A stretch of 64,000 nt of DNA, taken from contig OX597820.1 in the NCBI GenBank assembly GCA_951406725.2, positions 54,994,001 through 55,058,000 of the forward strand. The letters run 5' to 3'. The notes under the pieces are model-generated. The model was not told the origin of the DNA. It searched no databases and was given only the letters and a program-made list of their open reading frames with translations. The position numbers were made by a program, and so were the translations under genes. This document shows positions 11,983 through 25,516 of this stretch, in pieces. The stretch's first letter is position 1; each line of letters begins with the position of its first letter. Source of the stretch: Octopus vulgaris (taxonomy: Eukaryota).

Positions 11983-14049
11983 TTCAGCAAGCAATAACCA
12001 TGCCTCTAATAATTCTCATTGTTCAGGCATGATTATGTGGATACAGACTTTTGTAGCGGAACTTCATGGTTTTGAGTTCAATATCACTGCAAGGCACCTT
12101 GGGCAAATTCTTTCTTGGAAGCAGGATTGGTAGATGGAAACTGTATGAAAGCCTCTTGTATGTGTGTGTGTGTGTGTAAATGTTTATTTTCCCTTGAGAA
12201 AAACTGGTGTTACACTGACATTCTCAGTCCTGCGAGTCTGTACTTTTGATGATAAGTAGAAGAAACAAATCTCTTGAAAAGCAAGTAAAGGTTTTTGATA
12301 GGAAGGACATCCAGTTGTAAAATAAGCTTCAGTAATATGTATTAGTCGAATCCATATTAGCATGGACAAATGGATCAACTCTGTAATGTCGTTGGCATTA
12401 GGAAGGGCATCCAGCTGTAGAAACCTAGTCAAAATTGACAGTAGAGCTTGGTGTAGTCCTCTGACTTGTCAGCTCCTGTCAAACTGTCCAACCCATGCCA
12501 GCATAGAAAACAGATAATGATAATGACATATTTTGTGAACTGTTGAAATAGCTGATGTTTTTTTCTTTCTCCTTTTGTTGACCACCAGTATTGTGGTGTC
12601 AAATTTTCTACACATAACTTCACTGAGGCTAGCAGAGTCATGTACTTTGTCTAAGAGTCACTACACTGCTACAGACAGTTGTTAAACTTAAATCAAACTT
12701 CCCAATGCTGTAGCTATTCAGCTGTTCCTAAAAATGGTTTCATGAAGTTTTCTTTGCCCATAAATCCAGACTATCCAATTATTGTCTTATTTCATTTAGG
12801 TGTCTCTGTTTCCTTCGTCCTTCTCTTCTCCCAGCCCTTTGTGTGTGTCTTCAGATCAAAGATAAATGTACAGCCTGGAGCTTTACACATACATCTATTT
12901 ACCATTTCCTCTGTTCAGACTATATTACAATGAAATCAATAAAACACAATTTTTCTGATTTCTTAATTTTTATTTTAGTTGCAATTTGTTTCAGACTATT
13001 TGTAGTCAGTGCTTTCCTTTCTTTGATTTTGGTGATTCAGTTCTTGTTAAAGTGACCATCAGTATCTAGTCTCATTTGTGGTTTAATTACTCTGGTATTT
13101 TGCCATCTGTTATTCATTGAGTTCCTTTTTTATTTTGTTTTGGGGTTTCTTTTTCTTGTTTTTATTTCCACTGTCCATGATGGTCTACCATCTCTGTTAA
13201 TTTTCCATCTTCTCCTTGTCATTGCCAGACAATGGGAATTATGCTGAGGGTTATGGCAGTGGGAAGAAGTCACTTTTTTTTTTGTTTTTGGAATTGTGGA
13301 TAAGTTGAGGATAAGTTGATAAGTAAAGAAGAGAGCAGCAGAGACTGCAACAAAAGCTACAACTAGCAGAAAATGATGTTCTCAAAGTACCACTGATCTT
13401 AATTCCAGAAACAATTTACCATTCAATGTCAATTGAATTGCAAGCTCTCGGGTGCTTCTCTGTTACATGTGTAGCAGTTGTGTTTTCTGCCCTGCATCTC
13501 TAGTCTTATAACTTTTCTTTTTACATTCTTGATAGATCACATCCCAGAATAGCTCTGTAGTTTTTGCAAGTCATTAGGACTTGTATGTCCATACATACCT
13601 ACCTCACTGCAATTTATTCCTGTTAACCTTGGTGCTTACTCTTTGCTCATGCTGTGTCACAAGAGCCCAAATAAGCTAAAGGTTCAATGTGCGAGTGCCA
13701 ATATCTTTCACCTTGACACCACATTAAGTACTGTGACATGAATCTCTGTGCTGGTATGTTACACATCAGATCAACATGCCATTTTGTTTCATCTTCAGTA
13801 TTGAATACCATGCACATTGTTCCTTACACTCTATTCCAGTTAATAGATGAGATATTGTTCCATATATTGGTGAGCATTACTTTCACTTGTTGCTTTGAGA
13901 TCACAAGGATCCCCACTCTGCTTCTGTTTGTGGCAAGACAGAAGTATGTTATTATCCTTTTTGTCAGTTATTCAGTGAATTCTTAGTAAACATAACCAAC
14001 TGACTCTGTAGGGGCAGGGTAAATTAAAGAAAGAAGAGAAAGATAGTTT

Positions 14050-15130
14050 AGAGGAATTGTATCATATAAGGAAAAAGGAATTTGGACAATGATTGAAAAA
14101 GAATACAGTAATGGAAAAAGCTGCCAAAATTAGAAAATATAAAGAGACAACCATTGTAAGCAAAATCAGTTCTTTCAATCAAGCCAGAAACAGCTTTTTG
14201 ATGTTTTTGAAGATTGCATAAGACTGAATGTTGAAGTCAAGCAAACTGGTGAGAAGTTTGGGGAAAAAATGTCAACCACAATAATAAAGTTCAGTGGATA
14301 AAGCAAGTGGAAAATTATTCTGAAAATGTTGAGGCACAGAAAAATTATAGTATCACAAAAGTAATATAAAAAGATAGGAAAATGGAAAAAGCAAGACCAA
14401 ACCCGGTCCGTGGTTACTGGCTGAAAGAGTTTGTTTGACAAGTATATGCATACCAATAAAAAAGGAACTACCACTGTGGTACTCCCCCTTTTGACAGGCA
14501 CTCAATATGATGAACCTGCCTAATGCTGAGTGACAAATTGAAAGGAAACTCTGTCTCAAATTACCAACCAAGTTGGTGTTTACAAATTATGTGGAAATTC
14601 TTAACAGGAATAATTGTAAAAGAGGTATACCAACACCTATATGAGAAACACCTAATGCTTGATGAAAGAAAAAGCCATTGAAAAGAAGTGTAGGAGAACA
14701 AAAGACCAGTTTCATCATCATTGTTTAAAGTCTGCTTTCCATGCTAGTATGGGTTGGACAATTTGACTGAGGTCTGGTGAACCAGATGGCTGCACCAGAC
14801 TCCAATCTGATCTGGCAGAGTTTCTACAGCTGGATGCTCTTCCTAACGCCAACCACTCTGAGAGTGTAGTGGGTGCTTTTATATACCACCGGCACAAGGG
14901 CCAATCAGGCAGTACTGGCAACGTCCATGCTCAAATGGTGCTTTTTATGTGCCACCTGCACAGGAGCCAGTCGAGCGGCACTGGCAACGACCTCACTTGA
15001 ATGTTTTTTCATGTGCCACCAGCACAAGTGCTAGTAAGGCGACATGACTGACAAAGAGAGAGGGTGACAAATTTATGCATTATGTAGTCTGATTATAGAA
15101 AAGCATATGACCTAGTCCCACACTCCTAGA
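14050..15130 (+). mobile_element. Decayed R4/NeSL-type LINE reverse transcriptase fragment, interrupted by a SINE
   Basis: NYQP..CLQIMWKFLTGIIVKEVYQHL (~14560-14640) and DYRKAYDLVPHS (~15091-15126) correspond to RT motifs NYRPI and D..KAYD.V.H. Confidence 0.7.
14712..15045 (-). mobile_element. SINE family C copy ((GAT)n tail)
   Basis: catcatcattgtttaa...ccatgctagtatgggttggac...tttctacagctggatgctcttcctaacgccaac. Other copies at ~8935, 12385, 23042, 26183, 29840, 36010, 42325. Confidence 0.8.
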
Positions 15131-15206
15131 AAAAACTGGTGTAAAAATGAATGAAACTGAGGAGTTGTACATTTAATAAGTATTATCAATATTAACCATG
15201 TACAAG

Positions 15207-15420
15207 ATGGCAAGCTGGCAGAATCATTAGCATGCTGGCCAAAATGCTTAGTGGCATTTCATGTCTTCACATTCTGATTTCAAATTCTGCTGAGGTTGAC
15301 TTTGCTTTTCATTCTTTTGGGGTTGATAAAATAAGTACCAATTGAGAACTGGGCTCAATGTAGTTGAGTTACTCCCTCTCCCAAAATTGCTGCCTTTGTG
15401 TCAGAATTTGAAATCAATAC
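15207..15420 (+). mobile_element. SINE family A copy
   Basis: Full-length family A; further copies at ~25092, 25610, 37905, 45160, 48555, 48752, 50165, 61740. Confidence 0.8.
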
Positions 15421-16646
15421 TAAACATATAGAGAGAATTTATTCCACTAACAAAACCTTCTTCACATTTGCCAAAAGTGAGATGTCACTTATGCAAAGCT
15501 ATATTAAAATACATTTTATATTAATATTCTCAGGTATTCTATTCTTAATTTTAGTACCCCCCTACTAGTTTTTGTGCTCTTACTACATGGCCATGGGTGT
15601 GTAGCCAAGAAGTTTGCTTCTCAACTACATGGTTTTAGATTCTCTCCCACATGGTTTTAGATTCACTTAGGCAAGTGTCTCTAGCTGTAGTCTTGGGCCA
15701 ACCAAAGCCTTGTGAGTGGATTTCATTTACAGAAACTGAAAGGTGCTCTTTGTGCGTATGTGTGTGTGTGTATGTGTGTGTTCTTGTCTTGATATCATGT
15801 GATGATTGTGAATGATCATCACCATCATGCAAGCAGTATCCTTCTATGAAACATGTCTGCTTATGAGGAAATATTATCTTGCTTGGAAACTGGTGAAGGT
15901 TGGCAACAGGAGGGGCAACTGACCATAGAAAATCTGCTGCAGTAAGTTCTGTGTGGCCTATGGAAACATGGAAAAAATGGACATTAAAATGACAACAACA
16001 ATGATTAGAATGTTGTATGTGTGATACACAGAACATACACTTGGCTGGAGTGAAGTAAGATCAGTTGGTGGCGTGGGGAAGATGTTATAATTTGGTTTCC
16101 TAAAGTGACTCCCTTCTTTTTATTCCAGCTACTATCAGGACGACAAGGGAATGAATAATTATTGAATTTTAAGTTTTATTTCTTTAATAATCATTAAGAA
16201 ATTGTCATCATCACCTCCATTATTATTGTCATCATCATCTTTGGCATCATCATTGTCATCGGCATCATTATTATTATTCCCTTGTGACAAATAAAGAACC
16301 AATTATTGCTGGTGTTGATGCTGTTATCTTTATTGTTGATGTTTTTTTTCAAATTTTTTTTTTTTTTCAATTGATTGACTGTCTACTAAAAGATTTCTAA
16401 AAATAGTGTGAACATTCTGGAATGTTCTTGGGAAATGCTATTAAAACTATGAAGATTTTCAAACAAGTTCTTGGCTGATGGTTGGTCGTCATTGTTTCAT
16501 TTTTGTTGTTTTTCTTTTCCGCTTCCGCACTTTGTTTATTTTTGTTTCATTTTCCTCTCATATTTTGTTTTGTCTTTCTTGTGTGCAGATAAGTGACTGT
16601 TCTCTTTCCCACTCACATTTACTCTCACTCACTTGCTCTCACTCTC

Positions 16647-16680
<34 letters not shown>

Positions 16681-16809
16681 CTTTGTTGTTTGGCTGCTCT
16701 AATTGATGAGTAAGTGAACTCTATCTGTTGTTTCTTGTTCTTCATCTTTTTTCTATCACATGTATGTGTGGGTGTGTATTTCATATATACATATATACAC
16801 ACACACATA

Positions 16810-16950
<141 letters not shown>

Positions 16951-16962
16951 ATATATATATAT

Positions 16963-17007
<45 letters not shown>

Positions 17008-17094
17008 TATTAGAGACAAAACCACTATTTTGCAAAACAAACAAGGAAAGACTTAATCAATACATAAAATTTTAATAAATAGTCAAAAAAACCG

Positions 17095-17137
17095 CCACTA
17101 CAATCGTTTCTTGTCTTGATCGACAATCTTCAGGTGG
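17095..17137 (-). ncRNA. Minimal type I hammerhead ribozyme motif, inverted copy
   Basis: Exact reverse complement of 17958-18000, lying in the loop of the 17001-17255 inverted repeat. Confidence 0.72.
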
Positions 17138-17247
17138 ACTTCAATAAGTCAGTTTCAAATTAGTTTTTTTGACTATTTATTAAAATTTTATGTATTGATT
17201 AAGTCTTTCCTTGTTTGTTTTGCAAAATAGTGGTTTTGTCTCTAATA

Positions 17248-17296
<49 letters not shown>

Positions 17297-17298
<2 letters not shown>

Positions 17299-17585
17299 TC
17301 ATCATCATCATCATCATCATCGTTTAACGTCCGCTCTCCATGCTAGCATGGGTTGGACGGTTCAACTGGGGTCTGGGAAGCCCGAAGGCTGCACCAGGCC
17401 AGTCAGATGTGGCAGTGTTTCTACAGCTGGATGCCCTTCCTAACGCCAACGACTCCGAGAGTGTAGTGGGTGATTTTATGTGCCACCGACACAGGTGCCA
17501 GACGAGGCGGGCAGACGGCCACGCTCGGATGGTGTTTTTTATGTGCCACCGACACAGGTGCCAGACGAGGCTGGCAGACGGCCAC
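17297..17585 (-). mobile_element. Young-looking SINE family C copy inside the inverted duplication
   Basis: CpG-rich copy with an internal ~48-bp direct repeat (17475-17522, 17538-17585); inserted in (TA)n. Confidence 0.8.
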
Positions 17586-17614
17586 ATGTGTATATATATA
17601 TATATGTATGTATA

Positions 17615-17704
<90 letters not shown>

Positions 17705-17957
17705 TGTATGTGTGTGTGTATATATGTATATATGAAATACACACCCACACATACATGTGATAGAAAAAAGATGAAGAACAAGAAACAACAGATAGAGTTC
17801 ACTTACTCATCAATTAGAGCAGCCAAACAACAAAGGGGAGAGAGAGAGAGAGAGAGAGAGAGGGTGAGAGTGAGAGCAAGTGAGTGAGAGTAAATGTGAG
17901 TGGGAAAAAGAGAACAGTCACTTATCTGCACACAATTTGAAACTGACTTATTGAAGT

Positions 17958-18000
17958 CCACCTGAAGATTGTCGATCAAGACAAGAAACGATTGTAGTGG
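17958..18000 (+). ncRNA. Minimal type I hammerhead ribozyme motif (Penelope-like)
   Basis: CCAC-CUGAAGA-UUGUC(GAUCAA)GACAA-GAAA-CGAUUG-UA-GUGG: full catalytic core, 4-bp stem I, 5-bp stem II, short near-palindromic stem III, GUA cleavage triplet. Confidence 0.75.
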
Positions 18001-18175
18001 CGGTTTTTTTGACTATTTATTAAAATTTTATGTATTGATTAAGTCTTTCCTTGTTTGTTTTGCAAAATAGTGGTTTTGTCTCTAATAATATTTTATAATA
18101 TTTTACTATAAAATTGGATTTAATCCTAAATCTGATTTTTTTCCCTGTAAATTTGGATTTATTCCCTAATATTTA

Positions 18176-18179
<4 letters not shown>

Positions 18180-18252
<73 letters not shown>

Positions 18253-18365
18253 CACATATATATATATATACACATATATATATATATATACACATATATA
18301 TATATATACACATATATATATATATACACATATATATATATATACACATATATATATATATACAC

Positions 18366-18396
<31 letters not shown>

Positions 18397-18463
18397 CACA
18401 TATATATATATACACATATATATATATACACATATATATATATATACACATATATATATATAT

Positions 18464-18508
<45 letters not shown>
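18180..18508. repeat. Compound (TA)n/(TATATATATACA)n microsatellite
   Basis: Directly visible; source of several spurious YIYI ORFs. Confidence 0.95.
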
Positions 18509-18509
<1 letters not shown>

Positions 18510-18521
18510 TTGTGCTTGGAA

Positions 18522-18575
18522 CAACATAAACATGTGTGTGTGTGTGTGTGTGTGTGAACGTATGTGTTGCTGTAC

Positions 18576-18619
<44 letters not shown>

Positions 18620-18636
18620 GTACAGCAACATATACG

Positions 18637-18715
<79 letters not shown>

Positions 18716-18723
18716 TTATGTTG
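18522..18723. repeat. Fold-back palindrome centred on (TA)n
   Basis: caacataaacatg(tg)n aacgtatgtgttgctgtacatgtg (ta)n cacatgtacagcaacatatacgtt (ca)n catgtttatgttg; one mismatch in the unique arm sequence. Confidence 0.9.
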
Positions 18724-21462
18724 ATGATCACCTGTTTGTCTTGAAACAATGCCCTTGTTTCTCACCTTTTCCAAAATTTGTACACAAATCCAAAAATCCT
18801 CTCAGAACAACACATAAAAAAAAAATCTCATGTCTGAGCTCCTTCAGAGTGATGCAGGGAGGATTCAAGGGATTGTTAGTTGTGATGGTGTGATAGGAGG
18901 AAGTATTAGGGTGAGGTGCAGAAATGGTGTTCGTTTATTCTCTCAAACTCTCTGGTTTTCTTTCTCTAGTTTTTCTTTAATTTCTCTCTCTCTTTTTCCT
19001 CAACACTTCCTTCTCTCTTCGTCTCATTCTGAGTCTTTCTCTCACACTGATGCAACACACACACACACACACTTTCTCACTCATCTCTTGAAATGACAAT
19101 GTACAAACAGTATTTAAAACTCAAAGATGGTAGAAAATCATATCTTCTTTAATTATTTTTACTTTTAAGTGTGTTTACATTTTAAAATATTTGAGTATTA
19201 TGCTGAATGAAGCTAGTTAGCTCTTTATGGTTCATAAATGTGAGTATAGGAATACTATCTTTGTTTAAAATGGTTTGATGTCATACTGACGTTGGCCTTC
19301 AAAGTATGATTTGTTTGCGGAGTGATTTGTGTTGTGTCCTTAATTATACATATTCAGTTTAAAAGCATAAGTCATGTTTGAGGCAGTTTGCTAGACTTTT
19401 GTTTCATTTTTGTTGGTTTTGAGATGCTGGAGTTTGCAATTTTGGTGACAAAATTTGAGGTAGAAAGGTATGAGAATTTAATAGTGTATTTGTTAAAAAT
19501 TATGTATTTGTGTTGTGTTAAGATATTTCTAATGATTGAAGACAACTCTGGTTGCTGAGGTTTTAACTGCTAAGTTATAAGATGTGTTGTAGTAGTTAAT
19601 GTTTTCATGTTTGTTGTATTTTGGGGCTCTGGGTTGAGTGTCAGTGTATGCCTACTTGCCCTTAAAGCCACTATCAGGTACATCATTAAAATATTGTGGT
19701 GAGCCTTTAAAAATTTGTGCATTAGTTGATAACTATAAGATCCTGAGGAATATTCTTTTAACTTCTTAATCATGTATTTTGGGTGATTTGATTGCAATTG
19801 AATGTAGTGTAGGTACTCATTGGCTTTGTATAATGTATTATATAAAAAAGTATTCAGTTCAAGAATTACATGTATATATAAAGGTACGAGAGTGTGAAGA
19901 GAGGAGTAGTATGAGATAGAATAATAAATAACAATGAAAATGGATGAAAGTAAAAGAATAGGAGTAATGGATAGTGTTTGATACCAATAATGAGTGATAA
20001 TTGGGTAGGGAATAGAATATGAAGTTGTGCTAGTAATAAAGAATGGGCAGTGGAAAAGGGGATATTGAATATGGACAGATCCAGTGTGATGGGAGAGAAA
20101 TAGAGTGAAAGAGGGAGGTTAGTAGTAGAGGACAAAGTAATGAAGGAGTGGGGAGAATGGTGTATAGAAACTTTTTGAATCTAATTGTCAAAAGCCATGG
20201 AGGTATAATACAGTCAAATCTCCATTACCACTATCATTTTATATCCTATTTTTGCATGCTTGCATGAGTTGGCTGGGTCCTCTCCTGTATGGCACAAGAA
20301 ATGACATAGAATCTCTCTTCAGTCTTTTTTCGGCTCCTTGAGATTCAGCCTCTTGAGTTTATTCCTCATCACTTTGTCCTATGTTTTCTTTAGCTTCCCT
20401 TTTCCACAAATTCCATCCACTTTGAGTGCTTGGCATCTCTTTATAGAACTGACAGCCAAATACACATGCAAATTTTAAAATAAGATTACTGTAAAGCACG
20501 TTTGATAATATCAAAGCATTTACAATAACTGTGTGCATGTGCATGTGTGCATGCAGTGTATTCTTGTCAGTGACTAGGTTACAGTTCATGCAATGAAAAT
20601 GTTGATACTATATAGCAAATAATAAATGTTTAAGTGAATTTATAAGTTTTCTGTGCATTTTTGAATGGCTAACATGTCTCCCATATTGATTGCTTTAGTT
20701 TCAGTGCATAATGCAGATTAAATCACTTGCTTAGCAAGTATTCCACACACACACACACATACACACACACAAGACTACAGGTGCTAAAGCTGGCTAATAA
20801 GGCAGGTGAGGAAGTGATACCATGTTGCTTTCGGCAAGAAATTCACAAGTGAGGAGAGCTTGGTGACAGGGTTCATTATCATCATGAAGAATCCAATTCT
20901 TTGTGCTCCACAGATCAGCCACTTTCACCGAATGTCCTCCCTCAGATGCTTTAAAACGTTGCTGTAGAACTCTTGATAGACTGTTTAGCCCCGGAGGTGG
21001 GGATTTTCAATGCACAATACATTCCTGAGGTTGATGCTTGTGGCAGGTCTTCCAGATCACTTATTGTCTTCCAGGGATATACTTCCACTCTTGAAGTACC
21101 CGTATCACTCAAAACATTGTGTATGACCCATTGCCATATCACCGTAAGCTTGCCAAAGCATACTCAATGTCTCTGTAGCAGACTTCCCAAGTTTAATGCA
21201 AGATTTTTCATTGGCTCTTTGTTCCTATCCATGACAAAATCACAGACTACAGCATGCATGTGATGACAAAAGCACAAATTTCACAACTTGCAAAGTAAAC
21301 ACAGCTGTGTCACTTGGCACACTGCCTCATGAAGGTCACTGTTAACTCTCACTGTGCATGTAACCATGTGCTGCCATCTGTTGGTGTGCTCAGGAACTTT
21401 TTGATACTACCTGATATGTATGTGTGTTCATATATACATATATGCATACATACATTTCAATA

Positions 21463-21668
21463 TGTGACCGCATGTGTATTGTTGGCGATTTTCTTTCTCC
21501 ATCTTCCCTTCCTTGGACTTTTCCTTTTTCTAACGTTTCTGATGAAGAGCTCCACTCGAAACGTTAAATCCTCCATCTTTCTTTCCTTTTCTGAGTGTCC
21601 AGTAACACTATACTTGTTCCATGTCCTCGCATTGTGTTTTCTCTTTGTTCATGTTTGGATTAACTATA
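21463..21668 (+). mobile_element. Short interspersed element with hammerhead-like core (Penelope-derived?), copy 1
   Basis: ~205 bp, homologous to 22497-22702; contains GUUU-CUGAUGA-a-GAG(CUCCA)CUC-GAAA-CG-UU-AAAU at 21535-21569; flanked by TA/TACA repeats. Confidence 0.6.
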
Positions 21669-22047
21669 CATACATATGTATGTACATACATACATACATT
21701 CATTCATTCATCAAACATTCATGTTGGCATGAGTTGGACAGTTTTACCAGGAGCTAATAAGCCAGAAGACTGCCAAGCTCCACAGCCTGCTTTGAGAGGA
21801 TATGGGTATTGAAGGGGGTGGCTTTGTATCAGTTGAATAGAAGTGAAAGTATGACAGAGGGATTGAAACAGGTGTCTTGCTGTGGAGGAGATTCATGGTT
21901 ATCCCAGTCAGAGGGAGAGAGTGAGTGAGCGAGTGAGAGAGATGGTGGCAATGTGCCAATGTATATTCTCAAGGTACAAGAATGAAAATATAAACTGGAT
22001 GGTAGAGGAATATCCAGGGTACAAGGGAGTTCAACAGTTCATGTGTG

Positions 22048-22093
<46 letters not shown>

Positions 22094-22496
22094 AAGAAAT
22101 TTAATTCACAATATATGGATTCAAGTAATCCAGTAGTACTCATAAAAGAAAAAAAAAACTCCTTGATGTATCATCCTACAAAACATATAGAATATATAGT
22201 ACGATACAAGAGAAAACGATAAGGAGTGTATAAAGTCATAAATCTCAGAGAAATAGTTTGACAAAATTTTATTTAACAAAGACTTTCTTTCACCTGAGGA
22301 TGAAGCATAAATTCTGCATTATTTTGAAGGACTTTTTGCATTAATGCAGGCATGTAGGTAATTTATTTATTATTAAATATAATAATATAAATTACTTACA
22401 TGTTTTTAAATTACGAAACAATTTGTCATGATTTTAGAATTTTTTTTTATTGTTAATGTTCTCTGTCATCATTTATGACTTTATATATATATATAT

Positions 22497-22702
22497 GTGA
22501 CCGCGTGTGTACCGTTGGTGATTTTTTTTCCTTTGTCTTCCTTTCTCTGGATCTTTCCTTCTCCTATGTTTCTGATGAAGACCTCCGCTCGAAACGTTAA
22601 ACCCTCCTTCTTTCCTTCTTCCCTGAGCATCCAATAATACTATATTTGTTCCACGTCCTCACGTTGTTGTGTTTTTTTGTGCTTTCTTGTTTGGATTAAC
22701 TA
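22497..22702 (+). mobile_element. Short interspersed element with hammerhead-like core (Penelope-derived?), copy 2
   Basis: Homologous to 21463-21668; hammerhead-like core at 22568-22602 with a stem II mismatch; inserted in (TA)n. Confidence 0.6.
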
Positions 22703-22815
22703 TATATATATATATATAAGTTCAGCAAAATTTAGATTCAAATGAATATGGTACTTAAGCTTGATGCACCAGAATTTTGTATGGTGTTATCCATATAAAT
22801 CCATGGGGGTGATTA

Positions 22816-23029
22816 TAATCAAAATAAGCAACAAGAATATCTTCAGTAATTTGGTACGATTGTTTCACGCTGCATCATTTTTGATGTATTGATGGAAAAC
22901 CTCTATAAATGGCTGGTGATTGCTCAACATTTTAAAACTGTTGTAATACTTACAATGTTTAATAAAATGACATAGCATGAAACGATCGTACAAAATTACC
23001 GAAGATATTCTTGTTGCTTATTTTGATTA
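22816..23029. repeat. Imperfect inverted repeat (~65-bp arms), MITE/fold-back-like
   Basis: taatcaaaataagcaacaagaatatcttcagtaatttggtacgattgtttca... pairs with ...tgaaacgatcgtacaaaattaccgaagatattcttgttgcttattttgatta; followed by (TA)n. Confidence 0.8.
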
Positions 23030-23987
23030 AATATATATATATGGCGTTGGGAAGGTCATCCAGTAGTAGAAACTATGTCAAATCAGACTGGAACCTGGTG
23101 CAGCTCTCTGGCTCATCAGCTCCAGTCAACCTGTCTAACCCATGCTAGCATGGAAAGTGGACATTAAACAATGATGATGATGATATATGCATATGAAGCT
23201 TGGTGCAGTTCTCCAGCTTGCCATCTCTGGTCAAACCATCCATTCCATGCACAACGGATGTTAGACGATGATATGCATGCATGCACACATACACACACAC
23301 ACACTTGGTGGCGATTCTTCTCACATTGGTGTGTGTGTGTGTGTATACGTATGCATGTCTGTACAGATGATGCTCTTAGATGATGTTTTTAAAAATCGGC
23401 ATCACCACCACCACGTGGGTTCACTTTATCCAGAGATAAACTTCAAAGGTGAAATAAAAAGAAAATCTTTAATTATCTTGGTGCATTAAGTTGATGGAGT
23501 GTTGTTGTCACCGTTGTTTTTTAATCTTATATTGTGTTTTAGTTATTTTCAATTGTTGATGTTGGTTATTGTATGTGTTGTTATTATTGGTGGTGGTGTT
23601 GGCGATGATGATGTCAGTGTTGTTGTTTAACCAAAAGTCAGCTCCAGCCATGACAATCCAATTTTTATGTCTTTCACTTTTTTTTGAAGACAACAGTGTT
23701 GTGATTTGTAGATGATTTGACAGCTATTTCTAGCAAGTGTTGGTACTTGCCAGTAGTACTGCTGTTGTTGTTGATCACAGTTCATGATGGTGGTCATGTT
23801 ATTGTTGGGAAATGTAGTTAATGTTGTTTTTAGTAGGTTGTGGTGGTGGTGGTAGTGGTGGTGGTGGTGGTATTCTCATTGTAAATAGGTATATAATATT
23901 CTTTTTATTTCACCTTATCATCAAAGCACACCTCAGTGGGATGTTTGAGGCTTATGTGTTTATGAGAGATAATCTCTGTGTGTGTGT

Positions 23988-24018
<31 letters not shown>

Positions 24019-25484
24019 TAAGAGAGAAAGAAAGAGATTCCTAGTTAATTTTAATATGATACTTTTATTGTTCTCACCTAAAATTCCATTTGCATTTATT
24101 GTTTTTTTGTGGGTTAACAACTTTCTGATGCCATCCTACACTTTGCTATGATGATGTGGTGCTGGTCTTGTGCTGATTGGCAGTGGAATAGTAGTTGTAG
24201 TGTTTTGTTTTTCTGTTTTCCTTTTTTTTTTTTTGTGGGTTGTTTAACCACTCCCAGACAGATTAAATTGACTTTTTTAAGCTACTGTTAACAAGTCCCA
24301 ATCTAAAACCTCTGGCTTCATTTATAGTGTAATAGCATGTAGTTATGAGCTAACCTTATTTTGAAAAAGTGACCACAGCTCTCTTCTGCAGACTAAGGTT
24401 TCTTTCCTTGGTCTGTGCTAGAGTAACACACTTAACCTTGAATTCCTCCTTACCATTTTACTCATTTTTTTTTTCTTGGACATAATCCTTATCATCTATT
24501 GATTGCACTTACATTTGTGTCAGACCAGATGACCAGTGTGCCATACTTCATCAGCGTCCTATAAGTTCATAAGAAGTCATTCCACCACTGCCCTCCACCA
24601 GGATTTTTCACTGACATTTTAACTGTTTCATTTCCATATTCCTGTTGAAACACACTGCCTTTTTTTCAATTAACTTTGAAAATAAGGAAGAATTTAATAA
24701 AAGTAACTTTGTTGTCATTAAGTTGGTGTTGGGAACATGAATTAACATGAAATTTCAAGGGAGACTTTAATTTAGACCACTTTAACACAATTTTTTAAAA
24801 ATCTTAGAACCATAGGAAGTTTCAGGTAGATCGGCCTCAGTGATTTATCCTCCCATTGGTGTCCTTGAGCTGCTGTCATGTTGATCAGCTGTTGAGCAGC
24901 CCTGCTGTCAATGCTGATCAACTGGTTAGGTCTTCATACAGTTTCTTTGATAGCCACACAGTACATAACCAGCTGGGTTAATTTGGAGTCACTTCAGACT
25001 TATTCACACTAAGTCCAGAAATGGTGATTTCTTTTGACCAAGCAGGATATATCAACTGCTGATCATATTATTATTATTTCAAGGAAAAAAATGGCAAGAT
25101 GGCAGAGTTGTTAGCAAGTCAGGCAAAATGCATAGTGACATTTCATCTGTCTCCATGTTCTGAGTTCAAATTCTGCTGAAGTCAACCTTGTCTTTCATCC
25201 TTTCAGGGTTGATAAAATAAGTACCAGCTGAGTACTGGGATCAATATTATTGACTTACCCCTCCCCCAAATTGCTGGCCTTGTACCAAAATTTGAAATTA
25301 TTATCATTTCAGGGAAATTTTGGGTGGAGGGGTTTCTTAGTTATCCCTAGAGGTCCCCCTGTATCAGGAAGACCACATTACTATCACCTTTCTTTTTTTT
25401 TACTGTTGTATACTATGTGTACTTTCTTTCTTTGATTTATTGTATACCATCTATACTTCCTATAATGTTTTAATATATCATCTC

Positions 25485-25516
<32 letters not shown>

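Noticed and set aside
16129-16165. Possible RUFY exon after cccttctttttattccag (LLSGRQGNE* or YYQDDKGMNNY*)
   Set aside because: Good acceptor, but no RUFY similarity and no other support from sequence alone.
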